A stretch of 64,000 nucleotides of DNA, from positions 1,597-65,596 of the forward strand of contig NZ_UQRQ01000005.1 in the NCBI RefSeq assembly GCF_900543425.1. The letters run 5' to 3'. This DNA is from an uncultured Sanguibacteroides sp. GTDB taxonomy: Bacteria > Bacteroidota > Bacteroidia > Bacteroidales > Marinifilaceae. The notes beneath the pieces were generated by a model. The model made no database searches and was not told where the DNA came from. It worked only from the letters and a program-made list of their open reading frames with translations. The translations under genes were made by a program, and so were the position numbers. Shown here piece after piece: positions 8,159 through 17,854 of the stretch (position 1 is the first letter of the stretch; each line of letters begins with the position of its first letter).

Positions 8159-9634
8159 ATGAAAAGATTACTCACTTTAATAGGATTTTGTTGTACCCTT
8201 ACTCTTTCCGCTCAACATTCGGACAATAGAATCAAAAACTTGATCATAACCGGTAAATACTCAGAGGCAACTATTTATATCGATTCGTTACTCGGTACGG
8301 GAATAGAATCTCCCTTCCTCTTTTTTTACGCGGGCAAGGCTAACGAAGGATTGATGCGCTATAATAATGCTTATCAATACTACAAAAAATGGTATTCCAA
8401 CGACACCACAAACCAAGATGCCAAACTGGCTATGGCCCGATCGGCTAATCTGGCCGGGCATCAAACAACCGCATTGGAATATTATGAACAATTGTCACAG
8501 GAAGACTCACTACATTTCGTCATCAACCTCTCTTTAGGCCGTCTTTACCAGCAGATCCAGGACTACCCTGAAGCCATACAGGTTTATACGAGGTTATTGA
8601 CCGTAGATTCAACCAATACCTCATTGCTTGCCAGTCTGGGAGATTGCACGAACGAATTGGGCCTTATTGCTGATGCTCTGTCTTTTTATATCCGGGCTTT
8701 CGAACAGGATAAAAACAACGGAAGAATCGCTCTAAAAGCGATCAATACCATACGTAAAGATAAAAAAATTTGGCCTGAATTCATGGATACAATCATCGCT
8801 TTGGCAGATACGGCAATTCGATATAATCCGAACTACCTGGCCTTGGCACAAGGTCGGGGAATATTAAAATACTTCAACAAATGCTACAAAGAGTGTGATA
8901 CGATATTTACCAAATTAGCTGAATCAGGAAGAGCGACCCGCGTAACTTGCAAATATTACGGATTAACTCTATTCCAATTAAAACGCTTTTTACAAGCCGA
9001 GAAATGGCTTGCCCGAGCAGATTCACTATTCATGGATGAAGAAGGTAACCACACGGATCTCGACGTTGCCCTAAGGTATGGAGAGACATTAATTCAAACC
9101 GGAAATCCCTACAAAGCACTCCAGATTTTTCAGGAAGTCGAAACACAGCTACAACCGGACAACACATTACTTTCCCGAATTTCGGTAATGAACGGTAATG
9201 CATACGGCACATCCGGAGAAAATAAAAAAGCCATACTGGCTTATTGGCTGGCTTATAAACAATATCCTGAAAACAAACAGGCAATTGCCAACCTGACCTA
9301 CCTTTGCCAACCTAAAGATTCTAACGAAAGTATTCTTATGTCACAAGGCATACTCAGAGAAAAGATGTTATTCACCTGCATTTTGTTCTTGGAAAATTAC
9401 AATGTTAAAAGTCGATATACGGAAATCATGCAGGAGTATTGCAGAGAAGTTTTAAATCATGCTTTGAAAGAAGCATTTTTGAAAAACGCCAAAAAACTAA
9501 CGGTAAGAGATCCGGAAGGCAAAAAATACACGTACTCTTACCGCGAACTTCACCGGCTTGCTAATCCACCAGAATCTCCGGCTCCACCGACTCCGCCGAC
9601 ACCGTTAACACCAAAATCCATGTCATATGACTAA
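8159..9634 (+). CDS. TPR-repeat protein with signal peptide and Pro-rich C-terminus
   Basis: 491 aa. Signal peptide MKRLLTLIGFCCTLTLSAQ, repeated A-x-x-Y-Y/L helical TPR-like units, and the tail PPESPAPPTPPTPLTP. -7 box TATATTTG at 8108-8115. Confidence 0.65.
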   Translation: MKRLLTLIGFCCTLTLSAQHSDNRIKNLIITGKYSEATIYIDSLLGTGIESPFLFFYAGKANEGLMRYNNAYQYYKKWYSNDTTNQDAKLAMARSANLAGHQTTALEYYEQLSQEDSLHFVINLSLGRLYQQIQDYPEAIQVYTRLLTVDSTNTSLLASLGDCTNELGLIADALSFYIRAFEQDKNNGRIALKAINTIRKDKKIWPEFMDTIIALADTAIRYNPNYLALAQGRGILKYFNKCYKECDTIFTKLAESGRATRVTCKYYGLTLFQLKRFLQAEKWLARADSLFMDEEGNHTDLDVALRYGETLIQTGNPYKALQIFQEVETQLQPDNTLLSRISVMNGNAYGTSGENKKAILAYWLAYKQYPENKQAIANLTYLCQPKDSNESILMSQGILREKMLFTCILFLENYNVKSRYTEIMQEYCREVLNHALKEAFLKNAKKLTVRDPEGKKYTYSYRELHRLANPPESPAPPTPPTPLTPKSMSYD

Positions 9635-9741
9635 GGTGAGACCTGTATCCTTCCGGATTTAGACCCGCCTGACCACAATACCTGATTATTTTTACATCAC
9701 AAAAAAGATTGTTTCGTAGATTATCCGATAGCGAGGAGAGA

Positions 9742-10560
9742 TCAGGTTACCTGTTTTTTACGTTTCAGCATAAACAAAACAACCCCTGACAGAATAAAAG
9801 GGATACTTAACAGCTGTCCCATGTTCAGCAACATATGCTCTTCAAAAGATTCCTGATTAATCTTTACGAATTCAATTAAAAACCTGGCCGTAAAAATAAG
9901 GGCTATGGACAAACCAAAAAAGAATCCGTTCGACACTTGTCCCCTATCCCTCTTATAAGTCATCCATAGCAAAGCAAATATAAGTAAGTAAGCAAAAGCC
10001 TCATATAACTGAGCCGGATGTCTCGGTAGCATATCCACTCTTTTAAAAATAAAGGCAAAAGGTAAATCTGTTACCTTCCCTATAATCTCGGAATTCATGA
10101 AATTGGCCAATCTTATAAATGCACCCACCAAAGGGGTTACAATAGCGATTTTATCCAATTCTCCCAAGTAATTATACTTATAACGATAACAATAAATTGC
10201 TAACGCTATTAAAATGCCCAAAGCCCCACCATGACTCGCTAATCCCTGGTAACCGGTATACTCGAACCTTCCGTCATCTATCTTAAAAGGCAAAAAGATC
10301 TCTGCTATATGAGAAGAAAAATAATCAAAATCGTAAAATAAACAATGTCCTAACCTCGCCCCCAAAACGATTCCCACAAAAACATACATAAACAAGCGTC
10401 CGAACTGTTGATCCGATCGGTGTTCTATCCGATACATATCATTCACTAATTTTGCCCCGACAAATACACCCGCGGCAAAAAGAAGGCCGTAATACCTGAT
10501 TTGAACCCCGCCGATACTAAACCAAACAGGATCTATATCCCAATTTACATAATTCAACAT
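9742..10560 (-). CDS. lgt: prolipoprotein diacylglyceryl transferase
   Basis: 272 aa polytopic. ...IRYYGLLFAAGVFVG..., HGGALG and HPAQLYEA motifs characteristic of Lgt. Confidence 0.9.
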   Translation of the reverse strand: MLNYVNWDIDPVWFSIGGVQIRYYGLLFAAGVFVGAKLVNDMYRIEHRSDQQFGRLFMYVFVGIVLGARLGHCLFYDFDYFSSHIAEIFLPFKIDDGRFEYTGYQGLASHGGALGILIALAIYCYRYKYNYLGELDKIAIVTPLVGAFIRLANFMNSEIIGKVTDLPFAFIFKRVDMLPRHPAQLYEAFAYLLIFALLWMTYKRDRGQVSNGFFFGLSIALIFTARFLIEFVKINQESFEEHMLLNMGQLLSIPFILSGVVLFMLKRKKQVT

Positions 10561-10584
10561 AAATAATCCATTACAAAAATAACT

Positions 10585-11727
10585 CTATCCGCAACCTTTC
10601 AACTCTTTTAAATCCCGGATCATCATACGGGCAAAACGTTCGGAGGCACCCGCATCTCCCAAACGTCGGTTTACCTCATCGTATTCCCGTAACATCTCAT
10701 CCCTCGCATACCCATCCGGTAATATTGCCGACAAAGCCTTCAACAGATTCCTCTCGTTCAGCTTCTGCATCAACAACTCCCGAACAACCTCTTTTCCGGC
10801 AATCAGATTAACTAAAGAGATATATTTTACCTTCACGAAAGTTTTAAAAAGAAAATAACTGAAGGCTCCACCCTCTCCACTATAACAAACGACCTGAGGC
10901 GTCTTTAATATAGCCGTCTCCAGCGTGGCCGTACCGGAAGTTACCAAAGCACATCGTGCCTGCTTCAACAACCGGTAAGTCTGCCCGTATACGATTCTGA
11001 TATCCATATCTTTTATATAGGGAGCATAATCCGTATCGCTCATGGAGGGAGCCCCCGCTATCACAAACTGGTAATCGGGAAAATGCTTTACCATCAATAA
11101 CATTTTAGGTAAGACATGCTTCAATTCTTGTGACCGACTTCCTGCCAATAAAGCAATAATCGGTTTATCGGGTAATCGGTTGACCTGAATAAAATCCGCG
11201 TACTCCTCTTCTTTATGGTCTCTGTCATGAATGGCATCCACCAACGGATTTCCCGCGTATTGTACCGTATAACCGAATTGCTTGTAGAAATCGACTTCAA
11301 AGGGAAAGATTACATACATCCTGTCTACCAATTGCTTGATCTTTTTAACTCTCCCCGTATTCCAAGCCCATATTTTAGGAGAGATATAATAAAACACGGG
11401 AATCTCGGCCGCCTTAATAAATTTAGCCACCCGCAAATTAAAACCACCGTAATCGACCAAAATAACCACATCCGGATTCCATGCCAATATGTCCCGACGA
11501 CAAGCTTCAATATTCTCTTTTATCTTTCCCAAATTCTTCAGTACTGTAAGAAATCCCATGATAGCCGTATCCTTGTAATGACGTACGATCTCGCAACCGG
11601 CATTTTTCATTAAATCTCCTCCCCATCCCCGTATAACGGCTTCCGGGTCTTCCTGTCTTAATCCTCGGATTAAATTGGAAGCATGTAAGTCTCCCGATGC
11701 TTCTCCCGCAATAATGTAATATTTCAT
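10585..11727 (-). CDS. lpxB: lipid-A-disaccharide synthase
   Basis: 380 aa. MKYYIIAGEASGDLHASNLI N-terminus and GT19 layout typical of LpxB. Confidence 0.9.
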   Translation of the reverse strand: MKYYIIAGEASGDLHASNLIRGLRQEDPEAVIRGWGGDLMKNAGCEIVRHYKDTAIMGFLTVLKNLGKIKENIEACRRDILAWNPDVVILVDYGGFNLRVAKFIKAAEIPVFYYISPKIWAWNTGRVKKIKQLVDRMYVIFPFEVDFYKQFGYTVQYAGNPLVDAIHDRDHKEEEYADFIQVNRLPDKPIIALLAGSRSQELKHVLPKMLLMVKHFPDYQFVIAGAPSMSDTDYAPYIKDMDIRIVYGQTYRLLKQARCALVTSGTATLETAILKTPQVVCYSGEGGAFSYFLFKTFVKVKYISLVNLIAGKEVVRELLMQKLNERNLLKALSAILPDGYARDEMLREYDEVNRRLGDAGASERFARMMIRDLKELKGCG

Positions 11728-11728
11728 A

Positions 11729-12208
11729 TTATAACTTTATCATCAATACCGAGGCATAAGCGGTCACACCCTCTTCCCGGCCTTCGTACCCTAAATGTTC
11801 CGTGGTCGTTGCCTTAATGGTCAGATCTTCCACCTCCATCTCCAATATCTCGGCCAAACATTCCCGCATCTCCAATACCCGCAATTTAATTTTAGGTCGT
11901 TGCAAACAAATGACACAATCGATATTACCGATAGTATACCCTTTCGTGTTTACCATATCAATGGTCCGTTTTAACAAAATCTTACTGTCAATTCCTTTAT
12001 AAGCCGGATCGGTATCCGGGAAATAAGAACCAATATCATCCAATCCGGCAGCACCTAACAACGCATCACAAATAGCATGAATCAAAACGTCACCATCCGA
12101 ATGGGCGACACATCCTTTTTCATGCTCCAATTTAATCCCTCCCAACCAAAACTCTTCTCCATCGGCCAAACGATGTACATCTATTCCAAAACCCGTTTTT
12201 ATCTTCAT
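11729..12208 (-). CDS. ispF: 2-C-methyl-D-erythritol 2,4-cyclodiphosphate synthase
   Basis: 159 aa. GFGIDVHRL, SDGDVLIHAICDALLGA and DSKILL motifs. Confidence 0.92.
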   Translation of the reverse strand: MKIKTGFGIDVHRLADGEEFWLGGIKLEHEKGCVAHSDGDVLIHAICDALLGAAGLDDIGSYFPDTDPAYKGIDSKILLKRTIDMVNTKGYTIGNIDCVICLQRPKIKLRVLEMRECLAEILEMEVEDLTIKATTTEHLGYEGREEGVTAYASVLMIKL

Positions 12209-12418
12209 AATAATTAAGTTTATTCATTGCATATTTTATAACGCTTCCCTCATTTTTCCGAAACATAAAGAGAAGGATATAAATACGAAAAGACAAAATA
12301 ACAAATATTTCATTTCAATTCCTACGGCTAAACATAAATGCCTCTGTTTTTAACCATAAAATCATTACTTTTGTTGCGTAATAGAAGGAAGATTTACAAT
12401 CATATAATAAAGATTACG

Positions 12419-13732
12419 ATGCTTATTGAAGGGAAGAGAGTAGCCTATATCACCTTGGGCTGTAAACTGAATTTTTCGGAGACTTCAACGATAAAACATA
12501 GCCTGGAACAGGTTGGAACCATAACGGTAGGAGAAAAAGAAGGAGCTGACATTTTCGTGATAAACACATGTAGCGTTACTGATATTGCAGAAAAAAAAGG
12601 ACGTCAGATGATCCGGAAAATCATCCATCGCAACCCGGGAGCCTATATTATCGTCGTCGGGTGTTACGCCCAACTTCGAGCCCAAGAAATCATGAATATC
12701 AAAGGGGTAAGCATGGTACTCGGGGCTCGGGACAAATTCAATGTCGCTCACTATTTACAACATCTCGAAACCCAAGAATCCATTCCGCCTCACTCTTGTG
12801 ATATTTTCAAAATCGAACAGTTCGATCTGGCCTATTCTTACGGAGATCGTACCCGTTGTTTTCTGAAAATTCAGGACGGATGTGACTACTTTTGTACCTA
12901 TTGCACCATTCCCTACGCCCGGGGAAAAAGCAGGAGCGCCAATATAAAAGATGTTTTGGAAGCAGCTCGCAATGCAGCTGATAAAAATATAAAGGAGATC
13001 ATACTGACAGGTGTCAACACGGGGGATTTCGGCCGGGATACCGGAGAATCGTTTTTCGAATTACTCCGAGCATTAGATCAATTGGAAGAAATGCCCCGAT
13101 TTAGGATTTCGTCCATAGAACCCAATTTGTTGACGGATGATATCATTGAATTTGTTGCCGCTTCCAAACATTTTATGCCACATTTCCACATACCGTTACA
13201 ATCCGGGAACAATGAAGTATTGAAACTCATGAAACGACGTTATAGTCGGGAGCTTTTTGCTGAAAAAATCGAAAAAATCAAATCTATTTTACCCGACGCT
13301 TTTATCGGGGTGGACGTCATTGCCGGTATGCGGGGAGAAACCGAAATGTTTTTTGAAGATACCCGAAATTTTATTTCCGAATTACACATCTCTCAACTCC
13401 ATGTATTCCCCTACTCGGAACGTTCCGGGACAAAAGCCCTGGATATTCCGTTAGCCGTTTCCACCCAAGAAAAGCACCGCCGAGTAAACCTTTTACTGGA
13501 TATTTCGGAACAAAAACTCCAATCTTTTTATCAATCATTTCAAGGACAAACTCGTCCGGTACTTTTTGAAGAGAATGAAATGGACGGTTCTATCGGTGGG
13601 TTCACGGATAATTACATTCGAGTGGAACTCCCATTCGACCGTACGCTGGTAAATCAAATCGTTCCGGTTAAATTAGGAGAAGTCAACGAAAACGGAAATC
13701 TTACAGGAAAAATCCAACTCATTCATTATTGA
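12419..13732 (+). CDS. mtaB: tRNA methylthiotransferase MtaB (radical SAM)
   Basis: ORF track starts at 12338. I prefer the ATG at 12419 (MLIEGKRVAYITLGCKLNFSE), downstream of the -7 box TACTTTTG at 12367-12374. Radical-SAM CDYFCTYC motif and TRAM-like C-terminus. Confidence 0.85.
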   Translation: MLIEGKRVAYITLGCKLNFSETSTIKHSLEQVGTITVGEKEGADIFVINTCSVTDIAEKKGRQMIRKIIHRNPGAYIIVVGCYAQLRAQEIMNIKGVSMVLGARDKFNVAHYLQHLETQESIPPHSCDIFKIEQFDLAYSYGDRTRCFLKIQDGCDYFCTYCTIPYARGKSRSANIKDVLEAARNAADKNIKEIILTGVNTGDFGRDTGESFFELLRALDQLEEMPRFRISSIEPNLLTDDIIEFVAASKHFMPHFHIPLQSGNNEVLKLMKRRYSRELFAEKIEKIKSILPDAFIGVDVIAGMRGETEMFFEDTRNFISELHISQLHVFPYSERSGTKALDIPLAVSTQEKHRRVNLLLDISEQKLQSFYQSFQGQTRPVLFEENEMDGSIGGFTDNYIRVELPFDRTLVNQIVPVKLGEVNENGNLTGKIQLIHY

Positions 13733-13871
13733 CATTCAGAAGTACTCCGTTCTCTCGTAAAAAAATACCTATTCCCGACACAAAACAGATGTATTTAACC
13801 CGTCTATAATAATTTATTTCTGTTTTATTTTATAATTTTGTCGGACAATTTAGAATCTGAAACAAGAAGGC

Positions 13872-14906
13872 ATGAATATATTAATCTCGGGAACAGCAGG
13901 ATTCATAGGTTTTTACCTTGCAAAAAGACTTTTAAACGAGAATCATACCGTTTACGGCATTGACTCCGTTAATAACTATTATGATACAACTTTAAAAGAA
14001 GAGAGACTGCAGGCATGTGGAATTAAAAATTATGAATACGGTAAAGAAATCGGATCCGGAATAGACTCGCGTTATACTTTTTGCCAAATGGATTTATGTG
14101 ACACAGAAAGATTAACAAAACTATTTACCGATCATCGTTTTGATTGTGTCGTAAACTTAGCAGCACAAGCCGGAGTCCGTTACAGTCTTACTCATCCCGA
14201 ATCCTATGTCCAAAGCAATATTGTCGGTTTTCTAAATCTATTGGAAGCCTGTCGAAAATTCCAATGTCCAAAATTGGTCTATGCATCTTCTTCCTCTGTT
14301 TACGGAAACAATCACTCCGTCCCATTCCGGGAAGACGATCAGGTAGATCACCCGATATCCATTTACGCCGCTACTAAAAAAAGCAATGAATTAATGGCTA
14401 ATACCTATTCGTATTTGTATAAATTGCAAACCATAGGGCTTCGTTTTTTTACGGTATACGGTCCGTACGGACGTCCGGATATGGCACCCATTTTATTTGC
14501 CAACGCCATTACAAATAATAAAGAGATTAAAATCTTTAATAACGGTCATCTATCCCGGGATTTCACCTATATTGATGATATCATCACCGGAATGGAAAAA
14601 ATAATTACAACTCCCGGAATAAAAAGAGAAGACTTTCCCGGTACACCAGCAACAATATACAATATCGGAAGAGGTGAACCGGTGAAATTAATGGACTTTA
14701 TCCATGTACTGGAGAAAAATTTAGGGAAAGAGGCCAAAAAGGTTTTTATGGAGATGCAACCCGGAGACGTTTATCAAACCTGGGCAGATACTACCAGGTT
14801 ACAGGAAGATTATAATTACACTCCTACCATCTCTCTTGAAACAGGAATACAACGGTTTGCAGAGTGGTTTTCTCAATCCCATTTTGTAAACCAGAAAAAG
14901 CATTAA
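13872..14906 (+). CDS. NAD-dependent sugar-nucleotide epimerase (UDP-glucuronate 4-epimerase-like SDR)
   Basis: 344 aa. GTAGFIGFYL Rossmann motif and YAATK catalytic motif. Confidence 0.8.
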   Translation: MNILISGTAGFIGFYLAKRLLNENHTVYGIDSVNNYYDTTLKEERLQACGIKNYEYGKEIGSGIDSRYTFCQMDLCDTERLTKLFTDHRFDCVVNLAAQAGVRYSLTHPESYVQSNIVGFLNLLEACRKFQCPKLVYASSSSVYGNNHSVPFREDDQVDHPISIYAATKKSNELMANTYSYLYKLQTIGLRFFTVYGPYGRPDMAPILFANAITNNKEIKIFNNGHLSRDFTYIDDIITGMEKIITTPGIKREDFPGTPATIYNIGRGEPVKLMDFIHVLEKNLGKEAKKVFMEMQPGDVYQTWADTTRLQEDYNYTPTISLETGIQRFAEWFSQSHFVNQKKH

Positions 14907-14967
14907 ACATTTGAAAGTATATTAAGAATTATTAATTTTGCCTTACCTCTAATATAAAACGAAGGGT

Positions 14968-16311
14968 ATGTTTAAGGACACGTTGAAGTTTTCTACACGT
15001 AGATTGATTCAGGCAAAAATCAACGGCGGGGCAATTCTTCTGTTCGTGGCGTTATTGGCCATGATAATAGCCAACTCTCCATTAAAAGAATATTATAACC
15101 ATTTTTTTTCACAAGAGGTCAGTTTCAATATAGGAAGTTTTAATCTTTTTCAGCAGCATGACGGAGGCTCCATGACTTTATTAGCCTTTATCAATGATGC
15201 TTTAATGGCCATTTTTTTCTTTTCGGTAGGATTAGAGATTAAACGGGAACTCTTGGTTGGTGAGTTATCTTCTCCCAGAAAAGCTTTACTGCCAGTCATC
15301 GCCGCATGTGGCGGAATGATCGTTCCCGTCCTCCTGTTCATGTCGATCGGGGAACCCGGACCGGCAACCAGAGGTGCGGCGATCCCCATGGCTACCGATA
15401 TAGCCTTCTCTTTAGGCGTACTCTCTTTACTCGGGAAGAAAGTACCCTTAAGCCTTAAAATCTTTTTAACAGCTTTTGCCGTAGTTGACGATATCGGAGG
15501 GATTATCGTCATTGCCGTTTTTTACAGCCAGCAATTGATCTCGGAATTCCTTATAGCCGCGGCAGGCATTATCCTACTGCTGTATATCGGAGGAAAAGCA
15601 GGTATCTATAATAAACTGTTCTACATCTTTCTCGGCATTGTGGTATGGTATCTGTTTGTCCAATCGGGCCTTCATCCTACTATTGCCGGAGTAATCGTGG
15701 CCTTCACGGTTCCTGCCCGACCAAAATTACGTATATACAAATACGTGAATAGCATTCGGGAAAGTTTAAAAAGATTGCCGGAAGGAGAAAACTCCAATAA
15801 TCTGATACTCACCAATTCGGAGTTGTCCATTCTAAAAAGCATAGAATCGGCTTCAGACAAAGTAATCAGTCCCCTTCAAGCGATGGACGATGATTTGCAT
15901 TCCCTTATCAACTACGTTGTTATGCCATTATTCGCCTTTGCCAATGCCAGTATTTCTTTTGAAGGATTTTCCCTTGCCTCATTACATGGGGTCTCCATTA
16001 CTATTTTCATCTCGTTGGTTTTAGGTAAATTAATCGGTATTTTTTCATTTACCTACCTTTCTGTCAAAACCGGTTGGCTTTCCATGCCGGATCGTATGAA
16101 TCAAGGTTCTTTACTCGGTATATCTATGATCGGCGGTATCGGTTTTACAGTCTCTTTATTTATAGCAAATCTGTCTTACGCGGGAATTCCAGAAATTGGA
16201 GCCACTCTTCTTAATCAAGCAAAAATCGGAATCATCGGAGGATCTCTATTTGCAGGACTCTGTGGTTACCTTATCTTAAAATACGTTCTGGAAAAAAAAA
16301 GAGAGAAATAA
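14968..16311 (+). CDS. nhaA: Na+/H+ antiporter NhaA
   Basis: 447 aa polytopic. Has NDALMAIFFFSVGLEIKRE, the ATDIAF signature, and VVDDIG. Confidence 0.9.
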   Translation: MFKDTLKFSTRRLIQAKINGGAILLFVALLAMIIANSPLKEYYNHFFSQEVSFNIGSFNLFQQHDGGSMTLLAFINDALMAIFFFSVGLEIKRELLVGELSSPRKALLPVIAACGGMIVPVLLFMSIGEPGPATRGAAIPMATDIAFSLGVLSLLGKKVPLSLKIFLTAFAVVDDIGGIIVIAVFYSQQLISEFLIAAAGIILLLYIGGKAGIYNKLFYIFLGIVVWYLFVQSGLHPTIAGVIVAFTVPARPKLRIYKYVNSIRESLKRLPEGENSNNLILTNSELSILKSIESASDKVISPLQAMDDDLHSLINYVVMPLFAFANASISFEGFSLASLHGVSITIFISLVLGKLIGIFSFTYLSVKTGWLSMPDRMNQGSLLGISMIGGIGFTVSLFIANLSYAGIPEIGATLLNQAKIGIIGGSLFAGLCGYLILKYVLEKKREK

Positions 16312-16353
16312 TTTTCAAAATAAACGGAAACCTCTATATTTGCACCTGCATCC

Positions 16354-16438
16354 GGAGAGATGGCAGAGTGGTCGATTGCGGCGGTCTTGAAAACCGTTGT
16401 GCTGCGAGGCACCCGGGGTTCGAATCCCTGTCTCTCCG
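16354..16438 (+). tRNA. tRNA-Ser (anticodon UGA), type II with long variable arm
   Basis: GGAGAGA acceptor pairs with TCTCTCC. Anticodon loop CTTGAAA, long variable arm TGTGCTGCGAGGCACC, T-loop GGTTCGAATCC. No encoded CCA. -7 box TATATTTG just upstream. Confidence 0.9.
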
Positions 16439-16448
16439 CTGAACACAA

Positions 16449-16479
16449 AGAGTCAACTAAAACTGTTGACTCTTTTTTT
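16449..16479 (+). terminator. rho-independent terminator after tRNA-Ser
   Basis: AGAGTCAAC / GTTGACTCT 9-bp stem, 7-nt loop, followed by a T7 run. Confidence 0.8.
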
Positions 16480-16656
16480 GTACACAAAATACCCACCAGG
16501 GATTCGAACGAAGTGTCTGGATAGTGTTCAAAAAGTATGTTAATCATTTTCAATTAACATTCCAATCGTATAAAAAAGTGTAGGTTGTACATCGAACGGG
16601 TATAGAAAATCACAAATCTGAAAAATGACTCTCACGCTGTTAAGAACCCTCCTACC

Positions 16657-16691
16657 GTAGATAAATTACGGATGTTTGTACCAAAATTACT
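16657..16691 (-). promoter_or_regulatory. operator-like motif (inverted orientation) upstream of the first AraC gene
   Basis: The reverse complement AGTAATTTTGGTACAAACATCCGTAATTTATCTAC matches the 939-973 motif at 27/35. It lies 42 bp upstream of the -7 box TAATTTTG (16732-16739). Confidence 0.5.
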
Positions 16692-16756
16692 GTTTTAAAA
16701 AGATAGAGAAACAAGTATAGAAGAAAGCAGTTAATTTTGTTCGGAACAAATGCTCG

Positions 16757-17659
16757 ATGATGAAAAAAGAGACGGTGAAGATAGATACGATACATCAATG
16801 CAATACCTTTCTTGGGGAAAAGACATTACATCCCTTAGTAAGTGTTATCGACCTTTCAAAAGTGAACGACAAACAACAGGCCTCATTACAATTCAATTTC
16901 TATTCCGTTTGGTTGAAAGAATGTAGATGTAACAGCTTTGCCTATGGACGACAATATTATGACTATTCGGACGGAACTCTACTTTTTTTCTCTCCCGGTG
17001 TACCCGTCGATATCGAAAGAAATCACGAGATGTTTTGTTCAAACGGGTATTTGCTGACCTTTCATCCGGATCTGATAAAAGGAACATTTCTCGGGCAACG
17101 TATGAAAGATTATACATTCTTTTTATATCAGCAGAATGAGGCCCTTCATCTTTCATCCCGCGAAAAACGAACTATTCACACTTGTATGGAAAGAATCAAT
17201 GAAGAAATTCATTGTCCTATCGATAATTACAGCAATATATTGATAATAAACAAAATAGAGCTACTATTAAACCATAGCATACGTTTCTATGACCGACAAT
17301 TTATTACGCGGCATAAAGCAAACGAAAATCTCCTAAGAAGAGTAGAGCGAATATTAAATCACCATTTTCTGGATGATCGGATAAGTGTCAGAGACATGAT
17401 CTCGACCAACTATTGCGCCGGTTTACTCCATCTATCCCCGGTCTATTTTGAAGATCTGTTGAAGCATGAATCCGGTAAGACTATGCACGAATATATTCAA
17501 CTCAAGCGTATAGACATGGCCAAAAAACAATTGTCAGGAACCAATAAAACAATTGTCAGGATCTCCGAAGAGTTAGGTTTCTCTTCTTCTCCGTATTTTA
17601 GTCGGTTATTCAAAAAATTAACAGGTTATAGTCCCAACGAGTACAGGTCTAAATATTAA
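16757..17659 (+). CDS. AraC-family transcriptional regulator
   Basis: 300 aa. N-terminal sensing domain plus a C-terminal double HTH (...ISEELGFSSSPYFSRLFKKLTGYSPNEYR). Confidence 0.85.
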   Translation: MMKKETVKIDTIHQCNTFLGEKTLHPLVSVIDLSKVNDKQQASLQFNFYSVWLKECRCNSFAYGRQYYDYSDGTLLFFSPGVPVDIERNHEMFCSNGYLLTFHPDLIKGTFLGQRMKDYTFFLYQQNEALHLSSREKRTIHTCMERINEEIHCPIDNYSNILIINKIELLLNHSIRFYDRQFITRHKANENLLRRVERILNHHFLDDRISVRDMISTNYCAGLLHLSPVYFEDLLKHESGKTMHEYIQLKRIDMAKKQLSGTNKTIVRISEELGFSSSPYFSRLFKKLTGYSPNEYRSKY

Positions 17660-17750
17660 ATCATAATTATTATCTCACTTTTATTCGTAATAAGATAGGA
17701 ACTCACATCCATACCCCAATCCGATACTAAAACGCTTATTGATAATACAT

Positions 17751-17785
17751 GAACATATGTTACAGATTTACGAACCAAAATTACG
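17751..17785 (-). promoter_or_regulatory. operator-like motif (inverted orientation) upstream of the second AraC gene
   Basis: The reverse complement CGTAATTTTGGTTCGTAAATCTGTAACATATGTTC matches the 939-973 motif at 22/35, keeping both GTAA repeats. It lies 41 bp upstream of the -7 box TATTTTTG (17825-17832). Confidence 0.45.
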
Positions 17786-17854
17786 GGTTATAAAAAATAT
17801 CTATGTTTTTTCATATAAAATCCTTATTTTTGTTATAAACCAAAAGCAATAAAT

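Noticed and set aside
16490-16510. Inverted tRNA-like fragment. The reverse complement CGTTCGAATCCCTGGTGGGTA shares GTTCGAATCCCTG with the T-arm of the adjacent tRNA-Ser, so I considered an att-site scar of an integrated element.
   Set aside because: Only 13 nt match. The 5' half of the would-be T-stem does not pair. The implied acceptor stem (TACCCAC) is atypical. No integrase or other mobile-element gene is nearby. I cannot distinguish it from chance or an old relic.
16266-16553. 95-aa minus-strand ORF
   Set aside because: It runs straight through the tRNA-Ser gene and its terminator, so it is an artefact of ORF calling.
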